A stretch of 64,000 nucleotides of DNA from Alphaproteobacteria bacterium (GCA_965232515.1 CBDDPY010000002.1:3072001-3136000); one strand, 5' to 3'. Positions 51,207-62,118 are shown, counted from the stretch's first letter. The notes: generated by a model from the letters alone, not told the origin. Translations and numbers: made by a program.

Positions 51207-52040
51207 TCAGTTTTTCGTTGTCGACGCGCCGAGCATCGGGCCGGCGAGCAGGGCCGGGTCCAGGCGCTGCTTGAACCAGTTGACGCGCCAGTCGAGATGC
51301 GCGCCGGTGGAGCGGCCGGTCGAGCCGACCGCGCCGATCCGGTCGCCCTGCCGTACCTTGTCGCCGACGGCCACGTCGATGCGCGACAGATGCGAGTAGA
51401 CCGAGGTCAGGCCGTGGCCGTGATCGATCATCACGGTGCCCCCGGTGAAGTAGAGATCGTCGTTCGCCAACGCGATCTCGCCGTCGGCCGGCGCCGTCAC
51501 ATCGGTACCGGTGGGTGCGGCGATATCGATGCCGAAATGAGGACGACGCGGCTCGCCGTTCAGCACCCGCTGGCTGCCGAAGACGCCAGTGATCCGACCT
51601 TGTGTCGGCCAGACGAAACCGGTCTGGAACCAGGTCGCCGGGGTATCGCGCCGCCGCACCTCGGCGATCCAGGCATTCTCGCGCCGGATGCGCTGCAACG
51701 CCTCGGCCGACGGCGTCACCATCTTCGGCGGCAGGCCGTCGATGCGCTGAATATCGTATTGCCGACGCTTCACCTCGAGCTGACGCCGAACCACCTTGCC
51801 ATCGGGAAGGGTGACCGTCAGCTCCGCCATTGGCGCGAAATCCCGGCCGAAGCCGAAAACGAAGGCGCCGTCGGCGGCGACGCGGACGGCCACGTCGTCG
51901 AACACCACGCGGGCGTCGGGTTGGGTCCAGCCGCGCACTAGCCCGCCCTGCACCATATCGCCGTCGAGCCTGAGCACATCGGCCCAGGCGGTGCTGACAA
52001 ACGTGAACGCGGCCGCTAACGCCAACAATACCCGACGCAT
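51207..52040 (-). CDS. M23 family metallopeptidase
   Basis: Signal peptide, HFGID, HGHGLTSVYSHL, GRSTGAHLDW. Confidence 0.93.
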   Translation of the reverse strand: MRRVLLALAAAFTFVSTAWADVLRLDGDMVQGGLVRGWTQPDARVVFDDVAVRVAADGAFVFGFGRDFAPMAELTVTLPDGKVVRRQLEVKRRQYDIQRIDGLPPKMVTPSAEALQRIRRENAWIAEVRRRDTPATWFQTGFVWPTQGRITGVFGSQRVLNGEPRRPHFGIDIAAPTGTDVTAPADGEIALANDDLYFTGGTVMIDHGHGLTSVYSHLSRIDVAVGDKVRQGDRIGAVGSTGRSTGAHLDWRVNWFKQRLDPALLAGPMLGASTTKN

Positions 52041-52045
52041 ATCCG

Positions 52046-52252
52046 CTACCCGTCCTCCCGCTCGCCGCATTCCGCCGTCAAGCCGTCCGCCGCGGTGGCA
52101 TAGGCTTCCTGTCGCGCGACGCTCCAGTAACGCAGGGCGTTGACGGCGATGCGCTGGCCGGTGATGGCACAGGTGACGTAGCTGCCCGGCCGAACGACCT
52201 CGTAGAGCCCGGCACCATACAGCAACACGGCTTCGCGTTCCGGCAGATCCAT
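52046..52252 (-). CDS. DUF2093 family protein
   Basis: PGSYVTCAITGQRI...LRYWSVARQEAY; TGATG overlap with xseA. Confidence 0.88.
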   Translation of the reverse strand: MDLPEREAVLLYGAGLYEVVRPGSYVTCAITGQRIAVNALRYWSVARQEAYATAADGLTAECGEREDG

Positions 52253-53685
52253 CAGAGCAACGTGCCCTGGCCGTCGGGCGTCTTTTTGCGCCGTGTCGCG
52301 CGGCGGGCCGGCGCGGCCTCGCCATCGACCGTCGCGCTGGCGCTGCCGTCATGGAATTCGATGCTGAGCGCCATGCCGGGCTTTGTCGCCGCCGCCGCGG
52401 TCACCGGTCCGCCGCCCGCTTCGCGCACCACGGCATAGCCGCGCGCCAGCACGTTGCGGTAGGACAGACTTTCGAGCAACTGGGTAGCCGCGGCCAAACG
52501 GCGCTCGGCGTCCTGGATCTGACGGCCGCCGGCGCGCTGCAGGCGCTCGATCAAACCGGCAACCCCCTCGCGCTGCCGCGCCACGTCCTGGGCCAGCAGC
52601 GCCGGCCGCAGCTGCGCCGCCACGGCCCGGAGGTCAGCGGCGCGCTGCGCGACGATCCCGCGCAGGCCCAGCCCCAGCCGTCCGCCGGCGTCGTCCAGCC
52701 GCTGCGCCGCCATGGCCAGCAGGTCGCCGGCCCGCGGCAGGCCACGCACCAGGCCTTCGAGATGCCGGCGGCGCTCGACCACCAGACGTTGCGTCGCGGC
52801 GCCGGCGCGTTGTTCAAGATCGCGCAGCTGGGCCAGCAGTTCGCTGCGCACCGGCACGGCGATCTCGGCTGCGGCCGTCGGCGTCGGCGCGCGCCGGTCG
52901 CTGACGAAGTCGATCAGCGTCGTGTCCGTTTCGTGGCCGACGGCCGAAATCAGCGGGATCTTGCTCGCGGCCGCGGCCCGGACCACGGGCTCCTCGTTGA
53001 AGGCCCAGAGATCCTCGATCGAGCCGCCGCCGCGGGCGACGATCAGCAGGTCCGGCCGGGCCACCGGCCCGTCGGCCGGCAGCGCGTTGAAACCCTGAAT
53101 GGCGGCGGCGATCTGCTCGGCGGCGCCCTCGCCCTGGACCAGCACCGGCCAGACCACGACATGGCTCGGAAAGCGGTCGCGCAGGCGGTGCAGGATGTCG
53201 CGGATCACCGCGCCGGTGGGCGACGTGACGACGCCGATCACCCGGGGTAGGAACGGCAGCGCGCGCTTGCGGTCGTCGTCGAACAGGCCCTCGGCGGCGA
53301 GCTTCTTGCGGCGCTCCTCCAGCAATGCCATCAGCGCGCCGACGCCGGCCGGCTCCATGCGCTCGATGACGATCTGATAGCGCGAACGGGCGGGATAAGT
53401 GGTCAGGCGGCCGGTGCAGACGACTTCCAGGCCGTCCTCCGGCTTGAAGCGCAGGCCGTTCGCCGTGCCGCGCCAGCAGACGCCGTCGATCACCGCCTTG
53501 TCGTCTTTCAGCGACAGGTAGAGATGGCCGGAGGCGGCGCGCTTGAAGCCGGAAATCTCGCCGCGCACGCGGACATAGCCGAAGCTGTCCTCGACCACGC
53601 GTTTCAGGGCGAACGACAGCTCGCCGACCGAATATTCCGGCAGGTTCGGCGCCGCGCCGGCTGCCTCCGTGGGCGACTCGCTCAT
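52252..53685 (-). CDS. xseA: Exodeoxyribonuclease VII large subunit
   Basis: [48 protein letters not shown]. Confidence 0.97.
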   Translation of the reverse strand: MSESPTEAAGAAPNLPEYSVGELSFALKRVVEDSFGYVRVRGEISGFKRAASGHLYLSLKDDKAVIDGVCWRGTANGLRFKPEDGLEVVCTGRLTTYPARSRYQIVIERMEPAGVGALMALLEERRKKLAAEGLFDDDRKRALPFLPRVIGVVTSPTGAVIRDILHRLRDRFPSHVVVWPVLVQGEGAAEQIAAAIQGFNALPADGPVARPDLLIVARGGGSIEDLWAFNEEPVVRAAAASKIPLISAVGHETDTTLIDFVSDRRAPTPTAAAEIAVPVRSELLAQLRDLEQRAGAATQRLVVERRRHLEGLVRGLPRAGDLLAMAAQRLDDAGGRLGLGLRGIVAQRAADLRAVAAQLRPALLAQDVARQREGVAGLIERLQRAGGRQIQDAERRLAAATQLLESLSYRNVLARGYAVVREAGGGPVTAAAATKPGMALSIEFHDGSASATVDGEAAPARRATRRKKTPDGQGTLL

Positions 53686-53758
53686 GGCCTATGTGTGCGC
53701 CAGATTGGGCTGTGATACAAGGGGGGCGACGGGCGGATCGGAGGGCAAAGCTAGAGCC

Positions 53759-55033
53759 ATGAACGTTTTGGTGGTGGGCTCGGGCGGGCGCGAACATGCG
53801 CTGTGCTGGGCATTGTCGGCATCGCCGCTGACGGACGCGCTGTTCTGCGCGCCGGGCAATGGCGGCATCGCCGAGGTCGCGACCTGCATCGACATCGATG
53901 TCATGGACTTCGCAGGGCTGCTCGGTTTCTGCCGCTCGGAAGAAATCGATTTCGTCGTCGTCGGACCGGAAGCGCCGCTGGTGGCGGGCCTGGTCGACCA
54001 GCTGGAGGCGGCCGGCATCAAGGCCTTCGGGCCGACCGCGGCGGCGGCGGTGCTGGAGGGTTCGAAGGCCTTCACCAAGGACCTCTGCGCGCGCGCCGGC
54101 ATTCCGACCGCGGCCTACAAACGCTTCACCGACGCCGGCGACGCCAAGGCCTATATCGCCGCCGAGGGTGCGCCGATCGTGGTCAAGGCCGACGGCTTGG
54201 CCGCCGGCAAGGGCGCCATCGTCTGCGAAACGGTCGCTGAAGCCAACGACGCGGTCGACGAGATCCTGGGCGGCCGCTTCGGCGAGGCCGGGGCCGAGAT
54301 CGTCATCGAGGCGTTTTTACAGGGCGAGGAAGCCAGCTTCTTCGCGCTCTGCGACGGCAAAAACGCGCTGCCGCTGGCGACGGCGCAGGACCACAAGACG
54401 GTCGGCGACGGCGACGTCGGCCCGAACACCGGCGGCATGGGCGCCTACTCGCCGGCGCCGGTGATGACTGACCAACTCTGCGAAGCCGTGATGCAGCGCA
54501 TCATTCAGCCGACGCTGGAAGCCATGGCCGCCGAGGGCCGGCCCTACAAGGGCGTGCTCTATGCCGGGCTGATGATCACCGCGAGCGGCCCGCAGCTCAT
54601 CGAATACAACGTGCGCTTCGGCGACCCGGAATGCCAGGCGCTGCTGCCGCGGTTGATGTCTGATCTGCTGCCGGCGCTGATCGCGGCGCGCGACGGCGTG
54701 CTCGACCGCTTCGACCTGCGCTGGTTTCCCGAGACCGCGCTGACCGTGGTCATGGCCGCGCGCGGCTATCCAGGCGACTACGAGAAGGGCGGCGAGATCA
54801 AGAACCTGGGCGCCGCGGGCGAGCTGCCTGACATCACCATCTTCCATGCCGGCACGCGCGCCGAGGCCGGCCGCATCTACGCCAATGGCGGCCGGGTGCT
54901 GGGCGTGACGGCGCTCGGCCAGGACGTCGCCGAGGCGCAATCCCGCGCCTACGACGCCGTCGACGTGATCGACTGGCCCGGCGGCTTCTGCCGCCGCGAC
55001 ATCGGCTGGCGGGCCATTGAGCGCGGCGGTTGA
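53759..55033 (+). CDS. purD: Phosphoribosylamine--glycine ligase
   Basis: [22 protein letters not shown]...[16 protein letters not shown]. Confidence 0.98.
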   Translation: MNVLVVGSGGREHALCWALSASPLTDALFCAPGNGGIAEVATCIDIDVMDFAGLLGFCRSEEIDFVVVGPEAPLVAGLVDQLEAAGIKAFGPTAAAAVLEGSKAFTKDLCARAGIPTAAYKRFTDAGDAKAYIAAEGAPIVVKADGLAAGKGAIVCETVAEANDAVDEILGGRFGEAGAEIVIEAFLQGEEASFFALCDGKNALPLATAQDHKTVGDGDVGPNTGGMGAYSPAPVMTDQLCEAVMQRIIQPTLEAMAAEGRPYKGVLYAGLMITASGPQLIEYNVRFGDPECQALLPRLMSDLLPALIAARDGVLDRFDLRWFPETALTVVMAARGYPGDYEKGGEIKNLGAAGELPDITIFHAGTRAEAGRIYANGGRVLGVTALGQDVAEAQSRAYDAVDVIDWPGGFCRRDIGWRAIERGG

Positions 55034-55089
55034 TGGGCTAACATGCGGCAGCAACGAATAACCGTTTTCCGGGAGGCAGGCCGGCGGCC

Positions 55090-56151
55090 ATGAGCAGAGA
55101 TCAGCACCAATTCACCGGCACCCAGCCGGTGCGCGAGCAGCACCGGTTCGACGAGGCGGCGCTGCAGCGCTATATGGCCGAAAACGTTGAAGGCTTCGAC
55201 GGCGACCTCACCGTCGAGCAGTTCCGGGGAGGCCAGTCGAACCCGACCTATAAGCTGAACGCGGGCGGCAAATCCTACGTGCTACGCCGCAAGCCGCCGG
55301 GCAAGCTGCTGCCGTCGGCGCACGCCGTCGACCGCGAGTACCGGGTGATCACGGCGCTCTACGACACCGACGTGCCGGTGGCGAAGACCTATGCGCTCTG
55401 CGAGGACGAGGACGTCATCGGCACCGCCTTCTACATCATGGACTGCGTCGAGGGCCGGGTGTTCTGGGACCCGACCTTGCGGGACCTGCCGAAGGACGCA
55501 CGCGCGGCGATCTACGACGGCATGAACAAGGCCTTCGCCGACCTGCACAAGGTCGACTACATGGCCGTCGGCCTAGACGGTTTCGGCAAGGCCGGCCAGT
55601 ACCGCGAGCGCCAGATTTCGCGCTGGACCAAGCAGTACCGGGCGTCGGAGACCGAGCCGATCCCGGCCATGGAGCGGCTGATCGAATGGCTGCCCGAGCA
55701 CATCCCACCGGGCGACGAGGTTTCGATCGTGCATGGCGACTACCGGCTCGACAACATGATCTTTCACCCGACCGAGCCGCGGGTGCTGGCGATCCTCGAC
55801 TGGGAGCTGTCGACGCTCGGCCATCCGGTCGGCGACTTCACCTACAACCTGTTGTCCTGGCGCCTGGGCGGCAACCTGTTCCGCGGCTTCGCCGGCGAGG
55901 ACCTGGAAGCGCTCGGCCTGCCGAGCGAGCAGGACTATACCGACGCCTATTGCCGCCGCACCGGCCGCGACGGCATCGAGCATCTCGACTGGTACCTCGC
56001 CTACAACATGTTCCGGCTCGCCGCGATCCTGCAGGGCATCATGAAACGCTACCTCGACGGCACGGCGTCCAACGAGCACGCGCTCGCCCAAGGCAAGCGC
56101 GCCATCCCCATGGCCGAAGCCGCCTGGGCCCAGGTCGAAGCGATCGCCTAG
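55090..56151 (+). CDS. Phosphotransferase family protein (APH-like, ACAD10/11 N-domain type)
   Basis: GGQSNPTY, LLPSAHAVDREY, HGDYRLDN, LDWELSTLGHP. Confidence 0.93.
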   Translation: MSRDQHQFTGTQPVREQHRFDEAALQRYMAENVEGFDGDLTVEQFRGGQSNPTYKLNAGGKSYVLRRKPPGKLLPSAHAVDREYRVITALYDTDVPVAKTYALCEDEDVIGTAFYIMDCVEGRVFWDPTLRDLPKDARAAIYDGMNKAFADLHKVDYMAVGLDGFGKAGQYRERQISRWTKQYRASETEPIPAMERLIEWLPEHIPPGDEVSIVHGDYRLDNMIFHPTEPRVLAILDWELSTLGHPVGDFTYNLLSWRLGGNLFRGFAGEDLEALGLPSEQDYTDAYCRRTGRDGIEHLDWYLAYNMFRLAAILQGIMKRYLDGTASNEHALAQGKRAIPMAEAAWAQVEAIA

Positions 56152-56186
56152 GCCGGCCCTGCCGGCCGAGGCTCTCTTTGCGCTCA

Positions 56187-56264
56187 CCCGCAGTCGCTCT
56201 ACGAGCTATGGCGGGGTAACGGAGGGGCTTGCCCCGCCGAAGCCCATTTGGGCGGGGGGGGGGG
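56187..56264. repeat. Inverted pair of short REP-like palindromes ending in a G11 tract
   Basis: CCCGCAGTCGCTCTACGAGCTATGGCGGGG (rc CCCCGCCATAGCTCGTAGAGCGACTGCGGG) and CCCCGCCGAAGCCCATTTGGGCG...; both fit CCGCC-NNAGC-hairpin-GCG. Confidence 0.5.
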
Positions 56265-56513
56265 TCGCGCGGCGGAGATCACGGAACAACCCCATGCACA
56301 GGGACAGTCAAGAAGAAAGAGTAATTTGAAATCAATATATTACGATATTTCTAGAAATACCGTAATAAATCCAATGCCCGTCATCACCAGGCGGGGTTCG
56401 TTACTGCCGTGCATACGGCTCAGCTGCCATAACTGGTCGAGGTCGTGTGAATTCCAGTTGATTTAAAATAAACAATTATTGTATGTTTCTTTTGGCGATG
56501 GGAGCATGACCGA

Positions 56514-57182
56514 ATGATCGAGAACACTGGCGCGCGGGACGAGGCGGCGAGGCCACGGCGGAAGCGGCGGACGCAGGAGGAACGGCGGGCGGAGACACGC
56601 AACGCCCTGATCGAGTCCACGATCGAGCTGCTGGCCGAGAGCGGCTACGCGAACGCGACGACGACGCGGATCGCCCGGCGGGCCGGCGTCTCGCTCGGCG
56701 CCATGCAGCATCACTTCGGCTCGAAGGACGAGCTGCTGATGGGCACCTTCGATCAGCTGATGGTCGAGCAGGCGGCGCAGACGAGCCTGGATCCCGGCAA
56801 GGGCCAACCGCTCGAACAGCGGGTCGAAACACTGGTGGCCCGGCTTTGGAACGTCTATTGCACGCCACGCTATGTCGCCGTGTGGGAGCTGTTCCTGGGC
56901 ACCCGGGCCGAACCGCATCTGCGCGATGAGGCCGTCGAGCACCGGGCCCGGGCGCTTAGAATCTTCGCCGATGTCTGGTGGTCGTTCTTCAAGGACGTCG
57001 GCGCGCCCGAGCAGGTCGTCGTCGATGTCATGCATACGACCCACGCCATGCTGCGCGGCTTCGCCTTCTACAGCGTGTTCGATCGCGACGAGGCCTTCTT
57101 CGCCCGGCAGCGGGCGCTGCTGAAAACCTTCGTGCTGGACGGGCTGCAGTCGGGCGCGCGGGCCGGGCCCCAGCGGCACTGA
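56514..57182 (+). CDS. TetR/AcrR family regulator
   Basis: RRTQEERRAETR, TTRIARRAGVSLGAMQHHFGSK. Confidence 0.93.
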   Translation: MIENTGARDEAARPRRKRRTQEERRAETRNALIESTIELLAESGYANATTTRIARRAGVSLGAMQHHFGSKDELLMGTFDQLMVEQAAQTSLDPGKGQPLEQRVETLVARLWNVYCTPRYVAVWELFLGTRAEPHLRDEAVEHRARALRIFADVWWSFFKDVGAPEQVVVDVMHTTHAMLRGFAFYSVFDRDEAFFARQRALLKTFVLDGLQSGARAGPQRH

Positions 57183-57200
57183 CGTTCGACGGCCACCGCC

Positions 57201-59270
57201 ATGAACGCCCCACATCCGACATTCGAGATCGGCGTCGACACCGGCGGCACCTTCACCGACCTGATCTGCCGCGGGTCCGACGGTTTCGCCTACCTGACAA
57301 AGGAGCCGAGCACGCCGGACGATCCCAGCCGCGCGGTGCTGCGGGCGGTCGACAGGCTGGTCGCCGAATGCGGCATCGACCCCCGGCGAATCGCGCGGTT
57401 CGTGCATGGCACCACGGTGGCGACGAACGCCATCATCGAGCGCCAGGGCGCGCGCGTCGGGCTGCTCGCGACCCAAGGCTTCAAGGATGTGCTGGAAATC
57501 GGCCGCCAGATGCGCAGCGGCCTCTACGATCTGATCCTGGCGCCCGAAACGCCGGTCTTTTTGGCCTCCGGTCGCTATCGTCGCGACATCGTCGAACGCG
57601 TCGCCGCCGATGGCAGCGTGCTGGTGCCGCTCGACGAAGCCAACGTGCGCGCCGCCGTGCGGTCGCTTCTGGAACTGGACGTCGAGGCGATCGCGGTCAG
57701 CTATCTCTTCTCATTCCGCCGGCCCGATCACGAACAGCGCACGCGTGAGATCATCGAGGAGATGGCGCCCGGGCTGGCGGTGTCGATCTCGAGCGACGTC
57801 GATCCGGCGGAACGCGAGTACGAGCGTACGGTCGCGACCGCGTTCGACGCCTATGTGAAGCCGGTCGTCGACACCTATCTCGGCAACCTGCAATCGGGCT
57901 TGCGCGACAAGGCCGTCGGCGCACCGCTGCAGGTCATGCAGTCGCGCGGCGGCATCGTCTCGGTGGCGAGCGCCCGCCGCCGTCCGGTGCGCCTGACCCT
58001 GTCGGGGCCGGCCGGCGGCATCGTCGGCGGCCGGCGGGCCGCGACAGGCGCCGGAATCGACAATGCGATCACCGTCGATATCGGCGGCACGAGCTGCGAC
58101 ATCGCGCTGATCTCGGACGGCAAGGCGCTGACCCGCGCCGAGGGCGACGTCGGCGGCTATCCGGTCCGGGTATCGATGGTCGACGTCAACGCCATCGGCG
58201 CGGGCGGCGGCAGCATCGCCTGGATCGACGCCGCCGGCGGCTTGAAGGTCGGCCCGCGCTCGGCCGGTTCGATGCCCGGCCCGGCCTGCTATGGCCGCGG
58301 CGGCACCGAGGCCACGGTCACCGACGCGTCGGTCGTGCTGGGTTACCTCAATCCGGACTATTTCGCCGGCGGCAGCCTGACGCTGGATCCGGCGCTGTCG
58401 TATCAGGCAATCGAGGAAATGATCGCCGGACCGCTGGGCCTCCGGGTCGAGGACGCGGCGCTGGGCATTCACGCCATTCTGAACGGCCAGATGGCGGAAG
58501 GCATCCGCTTCGTCTCGATCAAGCAGGGCTTCGACGCGCGCCGGTTCGCGCTGGTGCCCATGGGCGGCGCCGGCGGCCTGCACGCCACGGCGCTCGCCGA
58601 CGAGCTCGGCAGCGACACCGTTCTGGTCCCACCGCACCCGGGCGTGCTGGCCGCGGACGGCCTGCTCGCCGCGACCGTCGAACACGAGCTCTCGGCGCCT
58701 TTGCTGGCACCGCTCGACACGCTCGACGCGGACGCACTGCGCGGCGCCTTCGCGGCGCTTGACGCGAAATGCGCCGATCTCGTCACGGCCGACGGCCTGG
58801 CACCACGGGACACCGAGCTGTCGCACTTCGCCGACCTTTGCTACACGGGCCAGTCGTTCCACCTGGAGGTGCCGGCCGATCCGGGCGCAGCCGATCCCGC
58901 AGCCGCGCTGCGGCGGGCGTTTCATGCCGCGCACGACCGGGTGTTCGGGCAAAGCAATGACGGGGCCGTGCGCGTCGTCAATCTTCGCGTCGTGCGCCAG
59001 GCGCGCGCGACAGACCTGACGGCGGAAAATGCACCGCCGCCCGCCCCCGTCGCTGCCGTCCGGGCGACGGCGGACCGCGCGATTCACCTTCCCGGCGTGG
59101 GAGAGGTCGACGCGATCGTGCTGCATCGTGACGCCCTGCCCGAGGGATGCGGCATCGATGGCCCCGTTATCGTCGAGCAGAAGGACACGACCCTGTTGGT
59201 GCCGCCGGCCTGGCGCCTGCGCGTCGAACACGGCGGCAATATCCTGCTTACGCGCCGAAAGACCGGCTGA
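57201..59270 (+). CDS. Hydantoinase A/oxoprolinase family (ATP-binding subunit)
   Basis: DTGGTFTD, HGTTVATN, SGPAGG, DIGGTSCD, IGAGGGS, TVTDA. Confidence 0.95.
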   Translation: MNAPHPTFEIGVDTGGTFTDLICRGSDGFAYLTKEPSTPDDPSRAVLRAVDRLVAECGIDPRRIARFVHGTTVATNAIIERQGARVGLLATQGFKDVLEIGRQMRSGLYDLILAPETPVFLASGRYRRDIVERVAADGSVLVPLDEANVRAAVRSLLELDVEAIAVSYLFSFRRPDHEQRTREIIEEMAPGLAVSISSDVDPAEREYERTVATAFDAYVKPVVDTYLGNLQSGLRDKAVGAPLQVMQSRGGIVSVASARRRPVRLTLSGPAGGIVGGRRAATGAGIDNAITVDIGGTSCDIALISDGKALTRAEGDVGGYPVRVSMVDVNAIGAGGGSIAWIDAAGGLKVGPRSAGSMPGPACYGRGGTEATVTDASVVLGYLNPDYFAGGSLTLDPALSYQAIEEMIAGPLGLRVEDAALGIHAILNGQMAEGIRFVSIKQGFDARRFALVPMGGAGGLHATALADELGSDTVLVPPHPGVLAADGLLAATVEHELSAPLLAPLDTLDADALRGAFAALDAKCADLVTADGLAPRDTELSHFADLCYTGQSFHLEVPADPGAADPAAALRRAFHAAHDRVFGQSNDGAVRVVNLRVVRQARATDLTAENAPPPAPVAAVRATADRAIHLPGVGEVDAIVLHRDALPEGCGIDGPVIVEQKDTTLLVPPAWRLRVEHGGNILLTRRKTG

Positions 59271-59273
59271 GCC

Positions 59274-61010
59274 ATGACCGCTACGGAGGCAATGGCCGCG
59301 GAGCAGCCGCTCGACCCCGTCACCGTCGAAGTGCTGCGCCATAAGCTCGACGGCATCTCGAACGAAATGCAGCTGAAGCTGATCCGCTCGTCCTTCTCGC
59401 CGCTGGTGAAGGAGGGCTTTGACGCGGCCGCGAGCCTGTTCACGACGGGCGGCGAGGTGCTGTCCCTGTCGTTGTCTGTGCCCGGCCATCTCTCGGCGTC
59501 TATACCCTGCGTGCAGGCGCTGCTGCGCGCCTTTCCGCTCGCCGACGCCAAGGACGGGGACGTTTACATCATGAACGACCCCTATCTGGGCGGCACCCAC
59601 ATACCCGACATCGCCATGGCCGTGCCGGTGTTTCACCGTGGCCGGCCTATCGCGCTGAGCTGCACGATTACGCACCATCAGGACCTCGGCGGCATGGTGC
59701 CGGGCTCGCTGCCGACGAACGCGACAGATATCTACCAGGAAGGCCTCCGCATCCCGCCGGTCAAGCTGCGGGATGCTGGCACCGAGAACGAAACGCTGGT
59801 CGGCATCATTCGTCAGAACGTGCGGTTTCCCGACATGCTGATGGGCGACCTGAACGCCCAGCTTGCGTCCTGCACCGTCGGCGCACGCCGACTGCGCGCG
59901 CTGGCCGACGCCTTCGATGCCGAGCATCTGCAACGGATGTTCGACGATCTGCTGGACCGGTCGGAACGCCTGACCCGGGACGCGTTCCGCAAGATCCCGA
60001 ACGGCAGCTACCGGTATACGGACTATTTCGACAACGACGGCATCGAGCTGGACCGCCGGGTGCGGATCGAGGTGCGCGTCGACGTTTCGGACGACGCCGT
60101 GCATGTCGATTTCGCTGGCACGGACAGGCAGCTGACCGGCCCCTTCAACTGTGTGCCGTCGGCCTCGCAATCCGGCGTTTACTTCGCACTGCGCGCCATC
60201 GCCGGACCCGAGATCCCGTCGAACGGTGGCTGTTTCCGCCCGATCACCATCGACCTGCCGGAAGGTTCGTTCGTCAATCCGGTCGAGCCGGCGCCGGTGA
60301 ATTCGCGCTCGGCGGCGATCAAGCGGATCGCCGGCACCATCCTCGGCGCTTTCCGCGACGCCCTGCCCGACCGGATCACCGCCGATCCGGCCGGCCAGCT
60401 GCTGTTGCTGATCTTCGCCGGTTCACGGGACGACGACAGCCGCTACATAACCGGCGAGCTGCTGGTCGGCGGCAGCGGTGCCGGAGAGTCCTCGGACGGC
60501 GTCGACGTGATCGAGACCGACAGCACCAACTGCACCAACATCCCGATCGAGACGCTGGAGCTGGGCGCGCCGATCCGGGTCCTACGCGCGGCGCTTAGAA
60601 CGGATTCGGGCGGTCCCGGACGCCACCGCGGCGGGCTGGGCCTGGTCAAGGAATTCGAGCTGCTGGAGGGCCGGATGATCCTGACCCACCGCGGCGAGCG
60701 ACATTATTATCCCGCCCAGGGCTATGCCGGCGGCCAGGCCGGCGCCCGCGCCCGCAGCATCATTCGCCGGGACGGGAGCGAGTCTGAAATCCCCTCGAAG
60801 ATCGTCACCGATCTCGTCGCCGGCGACCGGCTGCTGATCGAGACGGCCGGCGGCGGCGGCCAGGGCGATGCGCGCGAACGCCCGCGCGACGCCGTGGCGC
60901 GCGACCTGGCCGACGGCAAGGTCTCGGCCAGCGCCGCCGCGGACACCTACGGATATGTCGGTCCCCCCAAAGAAGGTCCCGCAAAAGCAGAAGAAGGTGA
61001 AGGAGGCTAG
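59274..61010 (+). CDS. Hydantoinase B/oxoprolinase family subunit
   Basis: LDPVTVEV, NDPYLGGTHIPD, HHQDLGG, QEGLRIPP, DSGGPGRHRGG. Confidence 0.95.
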   Translation: MTATEAMAAEQPLDPVTVEVLRHKLDGISNEMQLKLIRSSFSPLVKEGFDAAASLFTTGGEVLSLSLSVPGHLSASIPCVQALLRAFPLADAKDGDVYIMNDPYLGGTHIPDIAMAVPVFHRGRPIALSCTITHHQDLGGMVPGSLPTNATDIYQEGLRIPPVKLRDAGTENETLVGIIRQNVRFPDMLMGDLNAQLASCTVGARRLRALADAFDAEHLQRMFDDLLDRSERLTRDAFRKIPNGSYRYTDYFDNDGIELDRRVRIEVRVDVSDDAVHVDFAGTDRQLTGPFNCVPSASQSGVYFALRAIAGPEIPSNGGCFRPITIDLPEGSFVNPVEPAPVNSRSAAIKRIAGTILGAFRDALPDRITADPAGQLLLLIFAGSRDDDSRYITGELLVGGSGAGESSDGVDVIETDSTNCTNIPIETLELGAPIRVLRAALRTDSGGPGRHRGGLGLVKEFELLEGRMILTHRGERHYYPAQGYAGGQAGARARSIIRRDGSESEIPSKIVTDLVAGDRLLIETAGGGGQGDARERPRDAVARDLADGKVSASAAADTYGYVGPPKEGPAKAEEGEGG

Positions 61011-61011
61011 A

Positions 61012-62049
61012 ATGACGTACCTGCAATTCCATGGCACGGCCCGGGCGGCCGGCCTGGCCGCCGCGGCGGCCATGATGATGTCGAGCAGCGCCGGACTGGC
61101 GGCCGACGTGCAGTGGAAGATGCACGCTGCCGTTGTCGATACGCGCATCGAAGCCAAGGACACCCAGTGGTTCGCCGACCGCGTCGGCGAGTTGACGAAC
61201 GGGTCGTTCGCGATCGAGCTCTATGCCGGCGGGTCGCTGGGCATCAAGGACCCCGATCTGTTGCGGACATTGCCGCGGGGCAATGTCGTCCAGGCGGCGC
61301 TGCTGTATCCCGGCTATCTCGCCCGCGAGGCGCCGGAATACGCCCTGACGCTGCCGCCGGGCGTGGTCGGCGAGCCGGCCGTCGTCAGCGATCTGCTGCC
61401 GACATTGCGGGGCATCTATCAGCGCAGCTATGACGCCGCCGGCATCACGCTGGTCGGCTTTGTCGGACACGCGGCGGCGAGGACGCATGTCTTCTGCCGC
61501 GAGCCGATCAACTCGCTGGCCGCCCTGAAGGCAAAGAAGGTCCGGGTTTGGGAGGCCTTCCAGATCGAAATCTTCGAGAAGCTGGACGTGGCCGCGCAGG
61601 TGATCGGACAGAACGACCTGTACGTCGCCATGAGCACGGGCGTGGTCGACTGCGCCGTCTACCCGGCGGCCTTCGCGTCGACGATCTCGCTGCACGAAGT
61701 CGCGCCCAACGGCAGCTACCTGTTTCCCTACGTGCTGCATCCGCTGAACATCATCGTCTCCAGCTCGGCTTACGACGCGCTTTCGGACGCGCACAAGACG
61801 GCGCTGCGGCAGGCCGCCGAGGAGGCCACCGCACGCAGCTTCGAGGCCTATTTGACCGGACGTCACGACGCCGAGGCCGAAGCCAAGTTCGCCGGCGGCA
61901 AGGCCAATCTGATGCCGGACTACAGCGCTTCCGACCGGCAGGCTTTCGCCGAGGCGGCGCGTGCGGTCTGGCAGGGTAAGGCCGAGAAGATGGGCGGCCA
62001 GGCGCTGGCCGACTACAAGCTGATCTCCGAAGTGATCGGCAACCGCTAG
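61012..62049 (+). CDS. TRAP transporter substrate-binding protein (DctP family)
   Basis: Signal peptide, ELTNGSFAIELYAGGSLG, LKAKKVR, LYVAMSTGVVD; AGGAGG RBS. Confidence 0.9.
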   Translation: MTYLQFHGTARAAGLAAAAAMMMSSSAGLAADVQWKMHAAVVDTRIEAKDTQWFADRVGELTNGSFAIELYAGGSLGIKDPDLLRTLPRGNVVQAALLYPGYLAREAPEYALTLPPGVVGEPAVVSDLLPTLRGIYQRSYDAAGITLVGFVGHAAARTHVFCREPINSLAALKAKKVRVWEAFQIEIFEKLDVAAQVIGQNDLYVAMSTGVVDCAVYPAAFASTISLHEVAPNGSYLFPYVLHPLNIIVSSSAYDALSDAHKTALRQAAEEATARSFEAYLTGRHDAEAEAKFAGGKANLMPDYSASDRQAFAEAARAVWQGKAEKMGGQALADYKLISEVIGNR

Positions 62050-62071
62050 CATGCGGCAACGCGGGGCATTC

Positions 62072-62093
62072 GGGGGCCGGTTCACCGGTCCCC
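62072..62093 (+). other. Intercistronic stem-loop after dctP (likely mRNA-stabilising)
   Basis: GGGGCCGGT-TC-ACCGGTCCC with no U-tract. Confidence 0.45.
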
Positions 62094-62118
62094 GAGCGGC
62101 ACTCGGAATCCACCGCCC

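Noticed and set aside
56248-56466. 72-aa ORF starting at the G tract
   Set aside because: TTG start inside a repeat, no RBS, atypical composition; more likely promoter/junction DNA
57711-60170. 819-aa minus-strand ORF
   Set aside because: Antisense shadow of the hydantoinase A/B genes
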